Positions 36,571 through 46,300 of a stretch of 64,000 nucleotides of DNA are shown here, piece by piece (within the stretch, counting starts at the first letter, position 1; every line of letters begins with the position of its first letter). The DNA lies in assembly GCA_964512925.1 (NCBI GenBank), contig CAZEKH010000004.1, positions 72,392 through 136,391 of the forward strand, written 5' to 3'. The position numbers and the translations under genes were made by a program. This DNA is from an uncultured Candidatus Saccharibacteria bacterium (GTDB lineage Bacteria; Patescibacteriota; Doudnabacteria; UBA920). The notes below the pieces were generated by a model that ran no database searches, had not been told where the DNA came from, and worked only from the letters and a program-made list of their open reading frames with translations.

Positions 36571-38256
36571 ATGTTCACTGAAGAAGAAAAAAAAGTTTTA
36601 CAAAAATTTGTCACTTCTGCTGAAGATAATATTTTTGCCATACGCGGGATGCCCGGGATGGTTGGGGCGGCGTATGCCCGTTATAGCAGGGCCAAGGGCG
36701 GCTTTAGAGAAGTATTGCTTAAAGAGTTTATAGAAGCTGGCAATATTGATCCCAAGCACGCTGACGAGCTGATTGCCAGGGTCTTGGTTGCGTACGGGGA
36801 CGACTCAGTGGGCGAGCTTGAAGGCGCGCATATCAGTTTTGAAAAAATATCAATGCTGGCGGCTAAAGAAATTGAAGATCGCAGGATCGGAGGAAGTCCG
36901 ATTGAGCAGTCTACCCGTTATGTTCTCTATGACCAAAAAACCGAGGATGGAAAATGGCTGTATTATAGGGGCGATGATGTGCTTAAAACCTCCTTTGGAA
37001 AATTGTATGAAGAAACGATGGATTTTATTTTTCAGACCTATTCAGAATTAGTTGAGCCTTTAAAAAAACATTTGGAAAATCAAAAGCCGTTGTCTGAAGC
37101 GGAATATGATATAAATGGCGATGGTAAAAAGGAGCTTTTAAGCGAATTGACTGATGACAAGCAGATCAAAGCTTTTAAACAAACTTATACTTTTGAACTG
37201 AGGGCTAAAGCTTGTGATATTTTAAGGTCTTTTTTGCCCATAGCCACCCTGACAAATGTTGGGATGTTTGGAAATGGCAGATTTTATCAAGGATTGATTT
37301 CTTATCTTCTAACTACTGATTTACCGGAAAATCACAGTGTGGCGGCGGGCGCTCAGAAAGCTTTGTCAGAAATTATCCCTCAGTACATAAGACGCGCTCA
37401 GAGAAGCGAGTACATAGCGGAAAATCGCCGGGCGATGTTTAGTTTAACCAAAGAAATGTTAAAAAGCCATAAAGCCCATCCGCCTTTGGAATTGCCAGAG
37501 TTTGTTTTACAAGACAGGGGAGAAAAAATTATAGAAAAAATTATTAAAGAAGGCGGTTTGGTGGAGAATGCTTTAAACCGAGCGGAGGAAATTTCGCTTT
37601 TAGCAATGATGCTATATTCATATAGTGATTTTGCTTTAGCTGATTTGAGACTGATTGTGGAAAATTTGTCTGAAGAGGAAAAAATAAAAATATTCCAAAC
37701 TTATATGGGAGAAAGAAAAACCAGAAGAGATCGTCCCGGCAGGGCTATGGAAGACGGTTATTCGTATAATTTTGATATGGTTACCAATTTTGGGGTTTAT
37801 AAAGATTTACAAAGGCACCGGATGAATACCCAAACCCGCCAGTTGTTTACAACCAAGCTTGGTTTTTTTTACGCGCCTGAACTGGAAGCTGTGGGCGCGA
37901 TGGAAAAAGCGAAATTGTGTGTGGAAAAATCCAATCAATTGTTTGAAAAAATGCATTTGGAAAATCCGGAACTAGCTCAGTATGCGGTGCTGCACGGGCA
38001 TTATATCCGCTGGTATATGGGTTTTAACGACCGAGAAGCTATGCATCTTTTAGAACTTCGTTCAACACCGCAAGGTCATCCGAATTACAGGCAGGCCGCT
38101 CAACAAATGCATAAATTGATCTTAGAAAGGTCAGAGCCAAGAGGTTCGGCTATGAAGTTTGTGGATCACAATGAATACTACTGGTCAAGGGCGGACAGCG
38201 AAGCCAAGCAGCGGGTTAAGGAAGCCGAACTTGATAAAAAATTCGGGAAAATTTAA
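36571..38256 (+). CDS. thyX: FAD-dependent thymidylate synthase, tandem-domain form
   Basis: ARYSR, EQSTRY, DLQRHR, LRSTPQGHPNYR. Confidence 0.9.
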   Translation: MFTEEEKKVLQKFVTSAEDNIFAIRGMPGMVGAAYARYSRAKGGFREVLLKEFIEAGNIDPKHADELIARVLVAYGDDSVGELEGAHISFEKISMLAAKEIEDRRIGGSPIEQSTRYVLYDQKTEDGKWLYYRGDDVLKTSFGKLYEETMDFIFQTYSELVEPLKKHLENQKPLSEAEYDINGDGKKELLSELTDDKQIKAFKQTYTFELRAKACDILRSFLPIATLTNVGMFGNGRFYQGLISYLLTTDLPENHSVAAGAQKALSEIIPQYIRRAQRSEYIAENRRAMFSLTKEMLKSHKAHPPLELPEFVLQDRGEKIIEKIIKEGGLVENALNRAEEISLLAMMLYSYSDFALADLRLIVENLSEEEKIKIFQTYMGERKTRRDRPGRAMEDGYSYNFDMVTNFGVYKDLQRHRMNTQTRQLFTTKLGFFYAPELEAVGAMEKAKLCVEKSNQLFEKMHLENPELAQYAVLHGHYIRWYMGFNDREAMHLLELRSTPQGHPNYRQAAQQMHKLILERSEPRGSAMKFVDHNEYYWSRADSEAKQRVKEAELDKKFGKI

Positions 38257-38264
38257 TAAAGTCA

Positions 38265-38298
38265 AAACACTCCCATACTTTGGAGTATGGGAGTGTTT
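38265..38298. terminator. Long hairpin between thyX and prfB
   Basis: AAACACTCCCATACT-ttgg-AGTATGGGAGTGTTT. Confidence 0.6.
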
Positions 38299-38312
38299 AA
38301 GGGGAAATATTT

Positions 38313-39389
38313 TTGAAGGAATTGGTAAAAAAAATCGAAGAGCTTTTGTTGGAAATTTCCAAGCTAAAACAGCATTTAAACCTGCCACAAAAAGAGCAGA
38401 GGGTTTTGGAATTGGAAGATATGATGAATCAGGGAGGTTTTTGGGATGACAATGAGAAAGCCCAAAAAATTTCCAAAGAATACAGCGGGCTGAAAAAGTT
38501 TTATGATTTTTGGATAGATTTGGAAAAGGAAACCAAAGAACTTTTGGAACTTGCCAAAGCTGAAACAGATGCTGATTTTTTTTCCAAACAATACGAAGTC
38601 TTGGTAAAAAAATACAAAGAAAACAGATTTGTGGCTTTAATGTCAAAAAAATACGACGATCATAGCGCGATTTTTTCTTTGCATTCCGGCGCCGGGGGAG
38701 TGGACGCGCAGGATTGGGCGGACATCCTTTTAAGGATGTTTTTACGGTATTGCGAAAGAAAAAATTTGGAAACAGAAGTTTTGGAACTCTCCAGGGGCGA
38801 GCAGGGAGGTCTGAAGACTTGTGTGGTGGAAGTAAGAGGTCCATATGCTTACGGGCTTTTAAAAAGCGAAGCCGGAGTGCATCGTTTGGTTAGGCTTAGC
38901 CCTTTTAATCCTGCGCATACTCGGGAGACTTCTTTTGCGCTCTTAGAGCTTTTGCCGGTTTTGGAAGAAAAAGAAACAATTGAACTTGACCCCAAAGACC
39001 TGAAAATAGAAGCCAATACGGCCTCAGGCCACGGCGGCCAGTCGGTTAATACCACTTATAGCGCTATTCGCATCACTCATATTCCTACGGGGCTTAAGGT
39101 GTCGATTCAAAATGAACGTTCCCAGCACCAAAATCGCGAATTGGCAATGAAAATCCTGATGTCCAAGCTGAAAACATTGGAGGAAGAAAAAATGCAAAAA
39201 GAAAAACAAGCAATTCGAGGCGAGTTTAAATCCGCAGAGTGGGGCAATCAAATACGCTCGTATGTCATTCATCCGTATAAAATGGTCAAAGACCATAGAA
39301 CAAATTACGAGACTTCAGACCCCGATTCAGTTTTTAATGGCGAATTGGATGAGTTTGTGGAAAGTTATTTGGAAAAAGTAGCCGTCTAA
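38313..39389 (+). CDS. prfB: Peptide chain release factor 2 (no programmed frameshift)
   Basis: SPF motif, GGQ, WGNQIRSYV; continuous frame. Confidence 0.95.
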   Translation: MKELVKKIEELLLEISKLKQHLNLPQKEQRVLELEDMMNQGGFWDDNEKAQKISKEYSGLKKFYDFWIDLEKETKELLELAKAETDADFFSKQYEVLVKKYKENRFVALMSKKYDDHSAIFSLHSGAGGVDAQDWADILLRMFLRYCERKNLETEVLELSRGEQGGLKTCVVEVRGPYAYGLLKSEAGVHRLVRLSPFNPAHTRETSFALLELLPVLEEKETIELDPKDLKIEANTASGHGGQSVNTTYSAIRITHIPTGLKVSIQNERSQHQNRELAMKILMSKLKTLEEEKMQKEKQAIRGEFKSAEWGNQIRSYVIHPYKMVKDHRTNYETSDPDSVFNGELDEFVESYLEKVAV

Positions 39390-39481
39390 TTTGGATTTTT
39401 GAAAAAAATTTGGTATAATATAAAATACAGAAAGATTTTTTGAAATAAAAATAAAGATATTTGAGTTTGCAAGGGTCTTTT

Positions 39482-40162
39482 ATGATAAGATTTGAAAATG
39501 TTACAAAAAAATATCAAGATTCGCAAGCTGCTTTAAAAAATATTAACCTGCAAATTCATCGCGGGGAGTTTATCTCTTTAGTGGGGCTTTCGGGCGCGGG
39601 CAAGTCAACTTTTCTTAAAATCATTATTGGTGAAGAACCAATAGAAGAAGGCAGGATTTTGATAGATGATGTTGACATCTCAATGGTAAAAAAAAGCCAT
39701 TTACCGCTTTTAAGAAGGAAAATCGGGGTAGTGTTTCAGGATATGAAGTTGCTGCCCAGGCGCACCGCTTTTGAAAATGTGGCGTTTGCGATGGAAGTAT
39801 GCGGACACAGGGAAGAAAAAATAGTTGAGGAAGTGCCGAAGATTTTAGAACTGGTAGGTTTGTCACAAAAACAAAATCATTTTCCCGACCAGATGTCCGG
39901 CGGTGAAAAACAGCGCGTTGCCATAGCCAGAGCATTGTCGCACAGGCCGGTCTTGCTGTTGGCTGACGAACCGACCGGAAACCTTGACGAAGTAAATGCC
40001 GGCGAGGTTTTGGATTTGCTGCTGAAAATAAACCGTTTGGGCACAACTGTGCTTTTAGCCACCCACGCGGCGGATTTGGTAAATAAAATAAATAAACGGG
40101 TGATTACTCTGGAAAATGGCCAAATCACCTTTGAGCAGGAAAGAGGAGTATATAAACTATAA
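39482..40162 (+). CDS. ftsE: Cell division ATP-binding protein FtsE
   Basis: GLSGAGKST, SGGEKQR, ADEPTGNLD; upstream of ftsX. Confidence 0.92.
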   Translation: MIRFENVTKKYQDSQAALKNINLQIHRGEFISLVGLSGAGKSTFLKIIIGEEPIEEGRILIDDVDISMVKKSHLPLLRRKIGVVFQDMKLLPRRTAFENVAFAMEVCGHREEKIVEEVPKILELVGLSQKQNHFPDQMSGGEKQRVAIARALSHRPVLLLADEPTGNLDEVNAGEVLDLLLKINRLGTTVLLATHAADLVNKINKRVITLENGQITFEQERGVYKL

Positions 40163-41080
40163 ATGTTAGATTCTATTTCAATTTTTCGCGTGTTTAAATC
40201 CGGGTTGATGAATTTTGTCAGAAACCCCTGGTTGTCCGTCGGCGCCGGGATGGTGATGACTATTACCCTGGTTATTTTTTCTTTGCTGTTTATGCTTTTT
40301 ACCGTGACGAATTACTCAATCAAAAGCATACAAAATAAAGTTGACATCAGCGTGTATTTTAAAAACGGACTGTCTGAAGAAAAAATCAAAGCTATACAAG
40401 TTGAAGTTGAAAAGGATCCGGCAGTTAAGGAAACGCGTTATATTTCGGCTGCTCAGGCGTTTGAATTGTTCAAAGAAAGGCATAAATATGATCCCCAGAT
40501 CACCCAATCGTTAAACGAGCTGACAGAAAACCCTCTGCCCGCGACTTTAAATGTTAAAGCCAATAATCTGGAGGATTACACAAAAATCGCAGAACGTTTG
40601 CAAAAGCCAGAGTATAAAGACTTTGTTGAAAAAGTGAATTACGAAGACAGTCGCGATTTGATAGATAAGCTGACTAAAATTTTAAAGTATATAGTTTCGG
40701 GAGGTATAGCTTTGGTCGTGGTGTTTTCCTTGATTGCGATTTTGGTTATCTTTAACACTATTACACTGACTATTTACCACCGGAAGGAAGAAGTGGAAAT
40801 AATGCGTTTGGTCGGCGCTACTAACTGGTATATCCGCGGACCGTTTTTGGTTGAAAGTCTGCTTTATGCCCTGTCCGGCACATTTTTAAGCGCTATATTG
40901 TTTGTGCCTGTGTTTACCAATGTGCTGCCAAAAATCGCCGTTTTTATAGATCCGGAGATTGGGCTTTTTAGCAGCAATCTGTTTAATTTTGTTTTTGTAG
41001 TTTTGATGATGCTGATAATTTCTTGTATTTTAGCCTCGCTGTCCACGTTTTTAGCCATAAGGAAATATCTTAAAATATAG
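40163..41080 (+). CDS. ftsX: Cell division permease FtsX
   Basis: NPLPA, NTITLTI, EVEIMRLVGATNWYIRGPF. Confidence 0.93.
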   Translation: MLDSISIFRVFKSGLMNFVRNPWLSVGAGMVMTITLVIFSLLFMLFTVTNYSIKSIQNKVDISVYFKNGLSEEKIKAIQVEVEKDPAVKETRYISAAQAFELFKERHKYDPQITQSLNELTENPLPATLNVKANNLEDYTKIAERLQKPEYKDFVEKVNYEDSRDLIDKLTKILKYIVSGGIALVVVFSLIAILVIFNTITLTIYHRKEEVEIMRLVGATNWYIRGPFLVESLLYALSGTFLSAILFVPVFTNVLPKIAVFIDPEIGLFSSNLFNFVFVVLMMLIISCILASLSTFLAIRKYLKI

Positions 41081-41085
41081 CCAAT

Positions 41086-41113
41086 TTGACAGCGCATTCA
41101 GATGGGGTATAAT
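41086..41113 (+). promoter_or_regulatory. Sigma70 promoter
   Basis: TTGACA-N16-TATAAT. Confidence 0.75.
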
Positions 41114-41118
41114 TGTAA

Positions 41119-41200
41119 AGAGCCTAAAAAAGCTTTAAGCTTTAGGCGTTAGATTGCAGAAATCTTTGCCGACTCTCTTTAAATTTTGGGGAGTTTTTTT
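41119..41200 (+). ncRNA. Candidate sRNA or attenuator leader upstream of rplI
   Basis: Three consecutive hairpins ending in GACTCTC/GGGAGTT plus a T-tract. Confidence 0.4.
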
Positions 41201-41213
41201 ATTTAAGATATGA

Positions 41214-41311
41214 CCCCGTTAGAAATTTAAACTTCATAAATAATTGGATTTAAAATTAAAGTTTGCTAATGTAAATTCTACACTAACAAAGTCAGGAGAT
41301 TTCTAACGGGG
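41214..41311. mobile_element. 98-bp MITE with 13-bp terminal inverted repeats and TGA target duplication
   Basis: TGA|CCCCGTTAGAAAT...ATTTCTAACGGGG|TGA. Confidence 0.8.
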
Positions 41312-41763
41312 TGAAAGTTATATTTTTAAAAGATCTGGCAGGACAAGGAAAGAAGGGGGAACTGAAAGAAGTTGCTGAAGGTTTTGGCAACAATTTTTTA
41401 GTTGCCAAAGGGTTTGCGGCTGTTGCCACTCCGCAGATAATCGCAAAAATTCAAAAAGAAAAAAAGGATGCGGAAGAAAAACTAAATCGGGATTTTCAAA
41501 AAGCAGTGTCGCAAAAAGCAGATTTGGAAAAGCGGGTTTTTATTTTAAAGGTAAAAGTAGGCGATAAAGGGCAGGTTTTTGGGGGAATGCACGAAAAGGA
41601 TATAGCCAAGGCTGTATCGGACAAGATGGGTTTTGAAATTGACAGGCATATGGTGGCAATTCCCCAACCGTTTAAAACCCTGGGCGAGCATAAGGCTAAG
41701 GTTAAACTAAACGACAAAGTTCAAGCTATTATAAACATTAAACTGGAAGCTGAAACCGCTTAG
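41311..41763 (+). CDS. rplI: 50S ribosomal protein L9
   Basis: MKVIFLKD, GKKGELKEVAEGFGNNFL, KTLGEH. Confidence 0.97.
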   Translation: MKVIFLKDLAGQGKKGELKEVAEGFGNNFLVAKGFAAVATPQIIAKIQKEKKDAEEKLNRDFQKAVSQKADLEKRVFILKVKVGDKGQVFGGMHEKDIAKAVSDKMGFEIDRHMVAIPQPFKTLGEHKAKVKLNDKVQAIINIKLEAETA

Positions 41764-41766
41764 CAT

Positions 41767-42189
41767 ATGACTGACAATATTCCTTTGGAAGAAAATATTG
41801 ATTTGGACAAAAACACAAGACTGAACAGCCTTTTGAAGTTTTTGGTTTTAACTTTTTTAGCCTCTGGTATGGTTTTGGTTGTGCTTCGGCAGATTGAGGT
41901 TTACTACCGCGATCAAATTTACATAGCCACGCAAGTAACATTGCCGGTGCATAAACAGGCCAGTAGATCAGTTGGTCAGAATATCAGTAAGTCAGATAAT
42001 CAGTTAATCAGTGGAAATGATTTATTTAAAGTATGTCCTACTGATTGGATAGTAAATAAAATGCCGGTGATAGATAAAAATCAGCCTGAGGAGTATTATA
42101 TTTTAGACGGCAAGAGGTGGGAGATTTCGGAGTTTGATGTGGGGTGGGTAAGAGAAAATTGTGATGTAAAACCTCAGGCAGTTTACTAA
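41767..42189 (+). CDS. Membrane-anchored hypothetical protein
   Basis: TM; CPTDWIVNKMP...WVRENC; internal ATCAG-type 8-mer repeats. Confidence 0.75.
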   Translation: MTDNIPLEENIDLDKNTRLNSLLKFLVLTFLASGMVLVVLRQIEVYYRDQIYIATQVTLPVHKQASRSVGQNISKSDNQLISGNDLFKVCPTDWIVNKMPVIDKNQPEEYYILDGKRWEISEFDVGWVRENCDVKPQAVY

Positions 42190-42212
42190 ATAATAAAGTT
42201 TATGTTGCTTTA

Positions 42213-42331
42213 CCCCCTCTCCTATATAGGAGAGGGGTGGGGTGAGGTTTGAGCGATGGTAATAAGACATAAGTTTAATCAATTTTTTAACATTGTTGCC
42301 TCACCCTGCCCTCTCCGAGTTTGGAGAGGGA
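42213..42331. repeat. Inverted pair of REP-like palindromes (REPIN/BIME-like)
   Basis: cccctctcctatataggagaggggtggggtgagg ... cctcaccctgccctctccgagtttggagaggg. Confidence 0.75.
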
Positions 42332-42384
42332 ATTGATAAAAAAATATTTTTTTATAACACATTAACTGTTAACAACTTTATAAA

Positions 42385-44064
42385 ATGGCGAAAAATAACA
42401 ATTCCAGCAAAACAAAAAAAAATCCTATAAAAACCAAATTTATCTTTGTTTCCGGTGGGGTTATATCCGGCATTGGTAAGGGGATTACTTCGGCTTCTGT
42501 GGGAGCGATTTTGAAGTCCAAAGGTTTTTCCGTTAGCGCGGTTAAAGTGGATATGTATTTAAACCAGGACGCGGGAACCATAAGGCCGCAGGAGCACGGG
42601 GAAGTTTTTGTGACTGAAGATGGGATGGAAACAGACCAGGACTTGGGACACTATGAGAGGTTTATCGGGCAAAATATCACCAAGGCAAACTACATCACAA
42701 CCGGACAGATATATGCGGAAGTTTTGAGAAAAGAGCGCGCGTTTGAGTACGGCGGAGAGGATGTGGAAGCTATCCCTCACGTGACGGATGAAATCATCCG
42801 CAGGTGGAGCGTGGCCGGCAAGGGCAATGATTTTTGTTTGGTGGAGCTTGGCGGAACTGTTGGAGAATACCAAAACGGCATCTTTTTTGAAGCCACGCGT
42901 ATAATGAAACTGCGAGATCCTGGGTCAGTATTACATATTCATGTGGCTTATTTGCCCATCCCTTCGTATTTAGGCGAGATGAAGTCTAAACCGGTTCAGC
43001 AGTCAGTCAGAGTTTTAAATAGTATGGGCATTGAGCCGGATATAATAGTCGGACGTTCTTCCGTACCCATAGACGACCGCCGCAAAGAACGCGTGGCTTT
43101 GTTTTGCAATGTGGCAAAAAATTATGTCCTTTCCAATCCCGACGTCTCCAGCATTTACGAAGTGCCTGTTATATTAGAACAACAAAAAGCCGGAGAATTG
43201 ATCTTGGAAAAATTTGGCATTAAACCCAGAAAACAAGATTTGAAAGAATGGAAAGCTTTGGTTTCCCGCATTAAAAATATCAAAAAAGAAGTTAATATTG
43301 CTGTGGTAGGAAAGTACTTTGGCGTAGGGAAATTCCAGTTATCGGATTCATATGTTTCAGTGATTGAATCAATAAAACACGCAGCCTGGCAAAACAAGGT
43401 TAAGGCTAAACTGACCTGGATAGACTCCGTAAAAGTAGAAAAACAGGGCGCTAAGAGCGTTTTAAAAGGTTTTGCGGGCATTGTAGTTCCTGGGGGGTTT
43501 GGCAGCCGTGGCACAGAAGGGATGATTGAAGCAGTTAAATACGCCAGAGAAAACAATATCCCATACCTGGGACTTTGCTATGGAATGCAGATGGCAACCA
43601 TAGAGTTTGCTAGAAATGTTGCAAATTTAAAAAATGCCAACACCACGGAAGTAAATAAAAATACTCCATACCCGGTCATCCATATAATGCCTGAGCAGGA
43701 AAAAATGCTTTTAAATCGCGAGTACGGGGCAACTATGCGTCTGGGTGGTTGGGATTGTCTTATTAAGCGGGGGACTAAGGCTGAGAAAGCTTATTTGGAT
43801 GGCGGCTGGATCAAGAAGTTAGGCAGACCAAGGATTTCCGAACGTCACCGTCATCGTTATGAGTTTAACAACGAATTTAGAGAGCAGCTGGAAAAAGCTG
43901 GGTTAGTCATTGCCGGCACCACGCCGGACGGCAAACTTGTGGAAATAGTTGAACTTAAAGACCATCCCTTTTTTGTCGCCAGCCAGTTCCACCCGGAATT
44001 TTTATCCCGGCCTCTTTCACCGCATCCTTTGTTCGCGGGATTTATGAAAGTGGTAGTAAAATAA
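42385..44064 (+). CDS. pyrG: CTP synthase
   Basis: GGVISGIGKG, EHGEVFV, GLCYGMQ, ERHRHRYE, QFHPEF. Confidence 0.97.
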   Translation: MAKNNNSSKTKKNPIKTKFIFVSGGVISGIGKGITSASVGAILKSKGFSVSAVKVDMYLNQDAGTIRPQEHGEVFVTEDGMETDQDLGHYERFIGQNITKANYITTGQIYAEVLRKERAFEYGGEDVEAIPHVTDEIIRRWSVAGKGNDFCLVELGGTVGEYQNGIFFEATRIMKLRDPGSVLHIHVAYLPIPSYLGEMKSKPVQQSVRVLNSMGIEPDIIVGRSSVPIDDRRKERVALFCNVAKNYVLSNPDVSSIYEVPVILEQQKAGELILEKFGIKPRKQDLKEWKALVSRIKNIKKEVNIAVVGKYFGVGKFQLSDSYVSVIESIKHAAWQNKVKAKLTWIDSVKVEKQGAKSVLKGFAGIVVPGGFGSRGTEGMIEAVKYARENNIPYLGLCYGMQMATIEFARNVANLKNANTTEVNKNTPYPVIHIMPEQEKMLLNREYGATMRLGGWDCLIKRGTKAEKAYLDGGWIKKLGRPRISERHRHRYEFNNEFREQLEKAGLVIAGTTPDGKLVEIVELKDHPFFVASQFHPEFLSRPLSPHPLFAGFMKVVVK

Positions 44065-44080
44065 TATGTAGCTTGAATTT

Positions 44081-44110
44081 AAAAACCTTCCGAAATATCG
44101 GAAGGTTTTT
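44081..44110. terminator. Bidirectional terminator
   Basis: AAAAACCTTCCGA/TCGGAAGGTTTTT. Confidence 0.85.
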
Positions 44111-44116
44111 AAATTC

Positions 44117-44398
44117 TTATTTTTCAGCTACCACGTTAACTATTCTGGTTCTTTTTAGGTTGCCGTGGAATTTTTTTACCATCTTGCTTTGGAACTGAAC
44201 TTTGCCGTTGGCCAGGGAGTAGAGGGTGGAGTCGCCGCCTTTACTGACATTTTTTCCCGGGTGAAATTTGGTGCCGTGTTGGCGAACTATCACCTGACCG
44301 GTTTTGACTGCTTGATTGCCAAAGATTTTAACGCCAAGTCGTTTTGAGACTGAGTCGCGGCCTAGGGCTGTACTGCCGCCAGCTTTTTTATGTGCCAT
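44117..44398 (-). CDS. rpmA: 50S ribosomal protein L27
   Basis: [21 protein letters not shown]. Confidence 0.97.
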   Translation of the reverse strand: MAHKKAGGSTALGRDSVSKRLGVKIFGNQAVKTGQVIVRQHGTKFHPGKNVSKGGDSTLYSLANGKVQFQSKMVKKFHGNLKRTRIVNVVAEK

Positions 44399-44489
44399 AA
44401 TTATTCACAAATGCACGGATTACACGAATTACACTAATACTAATATTTGTATTCGTAAATTTATGTGCTAAATTAATTATATTTATGTT

Positions 44490-45827
44490 CTAATTTTTTT
44501 CAAATATTGCTATTTCCCTGGCCACTATCTGGTCTTTTCTGTCGTAGATAGCAGTGCCTCTGGCGCTTAGCCTCAAAAATTTCATTTTTTTAGCTATTTT
44601 TGCCGGGATTAAGGCTATTGAATTATATCCTAAAGTACTCGCCCAGTCAAGGGAGGGGAGCATAGTATAAGAATCTCGCCCTTTTTTATAGGCTGGGATA
44701 CACATCACTATTTTGGCTTTTTCCGGCAAAAAAAGGCTAAATTCTTTAAAGGCTTTTTTATAGAGCCTTATTAAGTCGTCAAAATTCATTTCTATTTCTT
44801 TTTGTGTCGGATAGGCTGAATACACAGGTCCCAGTGTGCCTTCTGTAACAATGGCGCTGATTTTCGCTCCTGAGTCGGTAATTAGCTTATTTAAACCCTG
44901 GGTAGCGTCTGAAACCTCCAAACCGAATTTACTTTGCGAGATATGATAGCGATTTTTAAACCATTCTAAATTTTGAATACTGCCTTTGATGGCAAATTTG
45001 TTGATATCCGAACCGATCATCCTAAAACCTAAAAGCAGGCCTTCTTGGATCATAGTGCCAATGCCGCAAAAAGGGTCCAGGATGGTGTCATTGGTTTTCG
45101 CGCCAGATAAATTTAGCATTACTTGCGCAACTTTAGGCGGAATCATTCCCTGTTTTTCGTCTCGTATAGGCCTTTGGTAGTCGCGCCTGCCATAGTCCTC
45201 AAAATCCTGAACCACCAGAGTTTTGGCAGTATAGAGGATTTCTTCTCCAGCTAAAATGCAAATTTCCGAGCCTTTTTCCAAAAGTAAATTTTTAGTAACA
45301 GCAACTGACGCAAGTGATAAAGAATTCATTTCCGGCAAAACCAGCCTGGCGCTAAAGCCCATATCTGTCAGAGTTTTTTTAACCATCATACCCAGCCTTT
45401 TTGGCTCGGAAAAAATATTCATTGAAGGCATACCGTTTTTTGAGGCCTCCGGTTTGTCCGCAAGTTTGCGGTTTAGCAGGTAAACGCTAAGTCCAAACTG
45501 AATTTTTCCCTTATACTCTTTGAGAAATTGTTTCTTAAGGAGGCTTGGCCTGAAATAGTGTTTTAAGGCAAAGTTCAAAGAATCCTGAGGCCGTTTTTTT
45601 ACCTCATCTATTACTTGCAGGATTTTTACTACGCCCCCGAGATTTTTTTGCAGTTTGTGAACATTGATTGCTTGAGGTAACTCTACTAACAAAATTTCTT
45701 CCGAGGCGCAGACAATTTCCGGCTCAAGCCCGGTAAGACCCAGGGAGTCGTCTTTTTTATTTAGCAATTCTACGAGTTCAGCGATGGAAAGCGTGTAAAC
45801 CCTGCCTAAAACAAAAGCGTATTTCAT
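44490..45827 (-). CDS. SAM-dependent RNA methyltransferase (Trm11/UPF0020-like)
   Basis: RDYQRP, GMIPPKVAQVMLN, ILDPFCGIGT. Confidence 0.85.
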   Translation of the reverse strand: MKYAFVLGRVYTLSIAELVELLNKKDDSLGLTGLEPEIVCASEEILLVELPQAINVHKLQKNLGGVVKILQVIDEVKKRPQDSLNFALKHYFRPSLLKKQFLKEYKGKIQFGLSVYLLNRKLADKPEASKNGMPSMNIFSEPKRLGMMVKKTLTDMGFSARLVLPEMNSLSLASVAVTKNLLLEKGSEICILAGEEILYTAKTLVVQDFEDYGRRDYQRPIRDEKQGMIPPKVAQVMLNLSGAKTNDTILDPFCGIGTMIQEGLLLGFRMIGSDINKFAIKGSIQNLEWFKNRYHISQSKFGLEVSDATQGLNKLITDSGAKISAIVTEGTLGPVYSAYPTQKEIEMNFDDLIRLYKKAFKEFSLFLPEKAKIVMCIPAYKKGRDSYTMLPSLDWASTLGYNSIALIPAKIAKKMKFLRLSARGTAIYDRKDQIVAREIAIFEKN

Positions 45828-45895
45828 TTAAAAATGCTTAATTTCCTCATTTTATAAATTTTACAAAAATTCACAGACTTGGTTATAATATGTTT

Positions 45896-46291
45896 ATGTA
45901 TGAAAAATTGAAGAAAAACTGGCCGGAGATACAGCCTAAGCTCGTTTGGATAGCGACTTCTTTAGTAATGTTTGGCGCCGGATTTGGGGCAGGCAACTAC
46001 GACAGAAAAAATTCCTATAAAAGATTTCAAGTAAAACCACAGGTTAATTATACCACACAAAAGCCTCAAGGGGAGGTAAAGGCCGTATCCACCCCGGCTC
46101 CTGTAAAAGAGGCAGTAACCGGCAAAACTGATCAGCCTGCGGCTGACTGCAAGATTAAGGGCAACATCGGAACCTCAGGCAAGATTTACCATATTCCGGG
46201 AGGACGCTCGTACAAAATAGTTAAGCCTGAACAATGTTTTAACACTGAGGAAGAAGCAGTCAGTGCGGGTTTTAGAAAAGCTTTGCAATAA
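45896..46291 (+). CDS. Membrane-anchored protein with Ada-like metal-binding C-terminus
   Basis: CKIKGNI, IYHIPG, CFNTEEEAVSAGFR. Confidence 0.8.
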   Translation: MYEKLKKNWPEIQPKLVWIATSLVMFGAGFGAGNYDRKNSYKRFQVKPQVNYTTQKPQGEVKAVSTPAPVKEAVTGKTDQPAADCKIKGNIGTSGKIYHIPGGRSYKIVKPEQCFNTEEEAVSAGFRKALQ

Positions 46292-46300
46292 AAATTTTTT

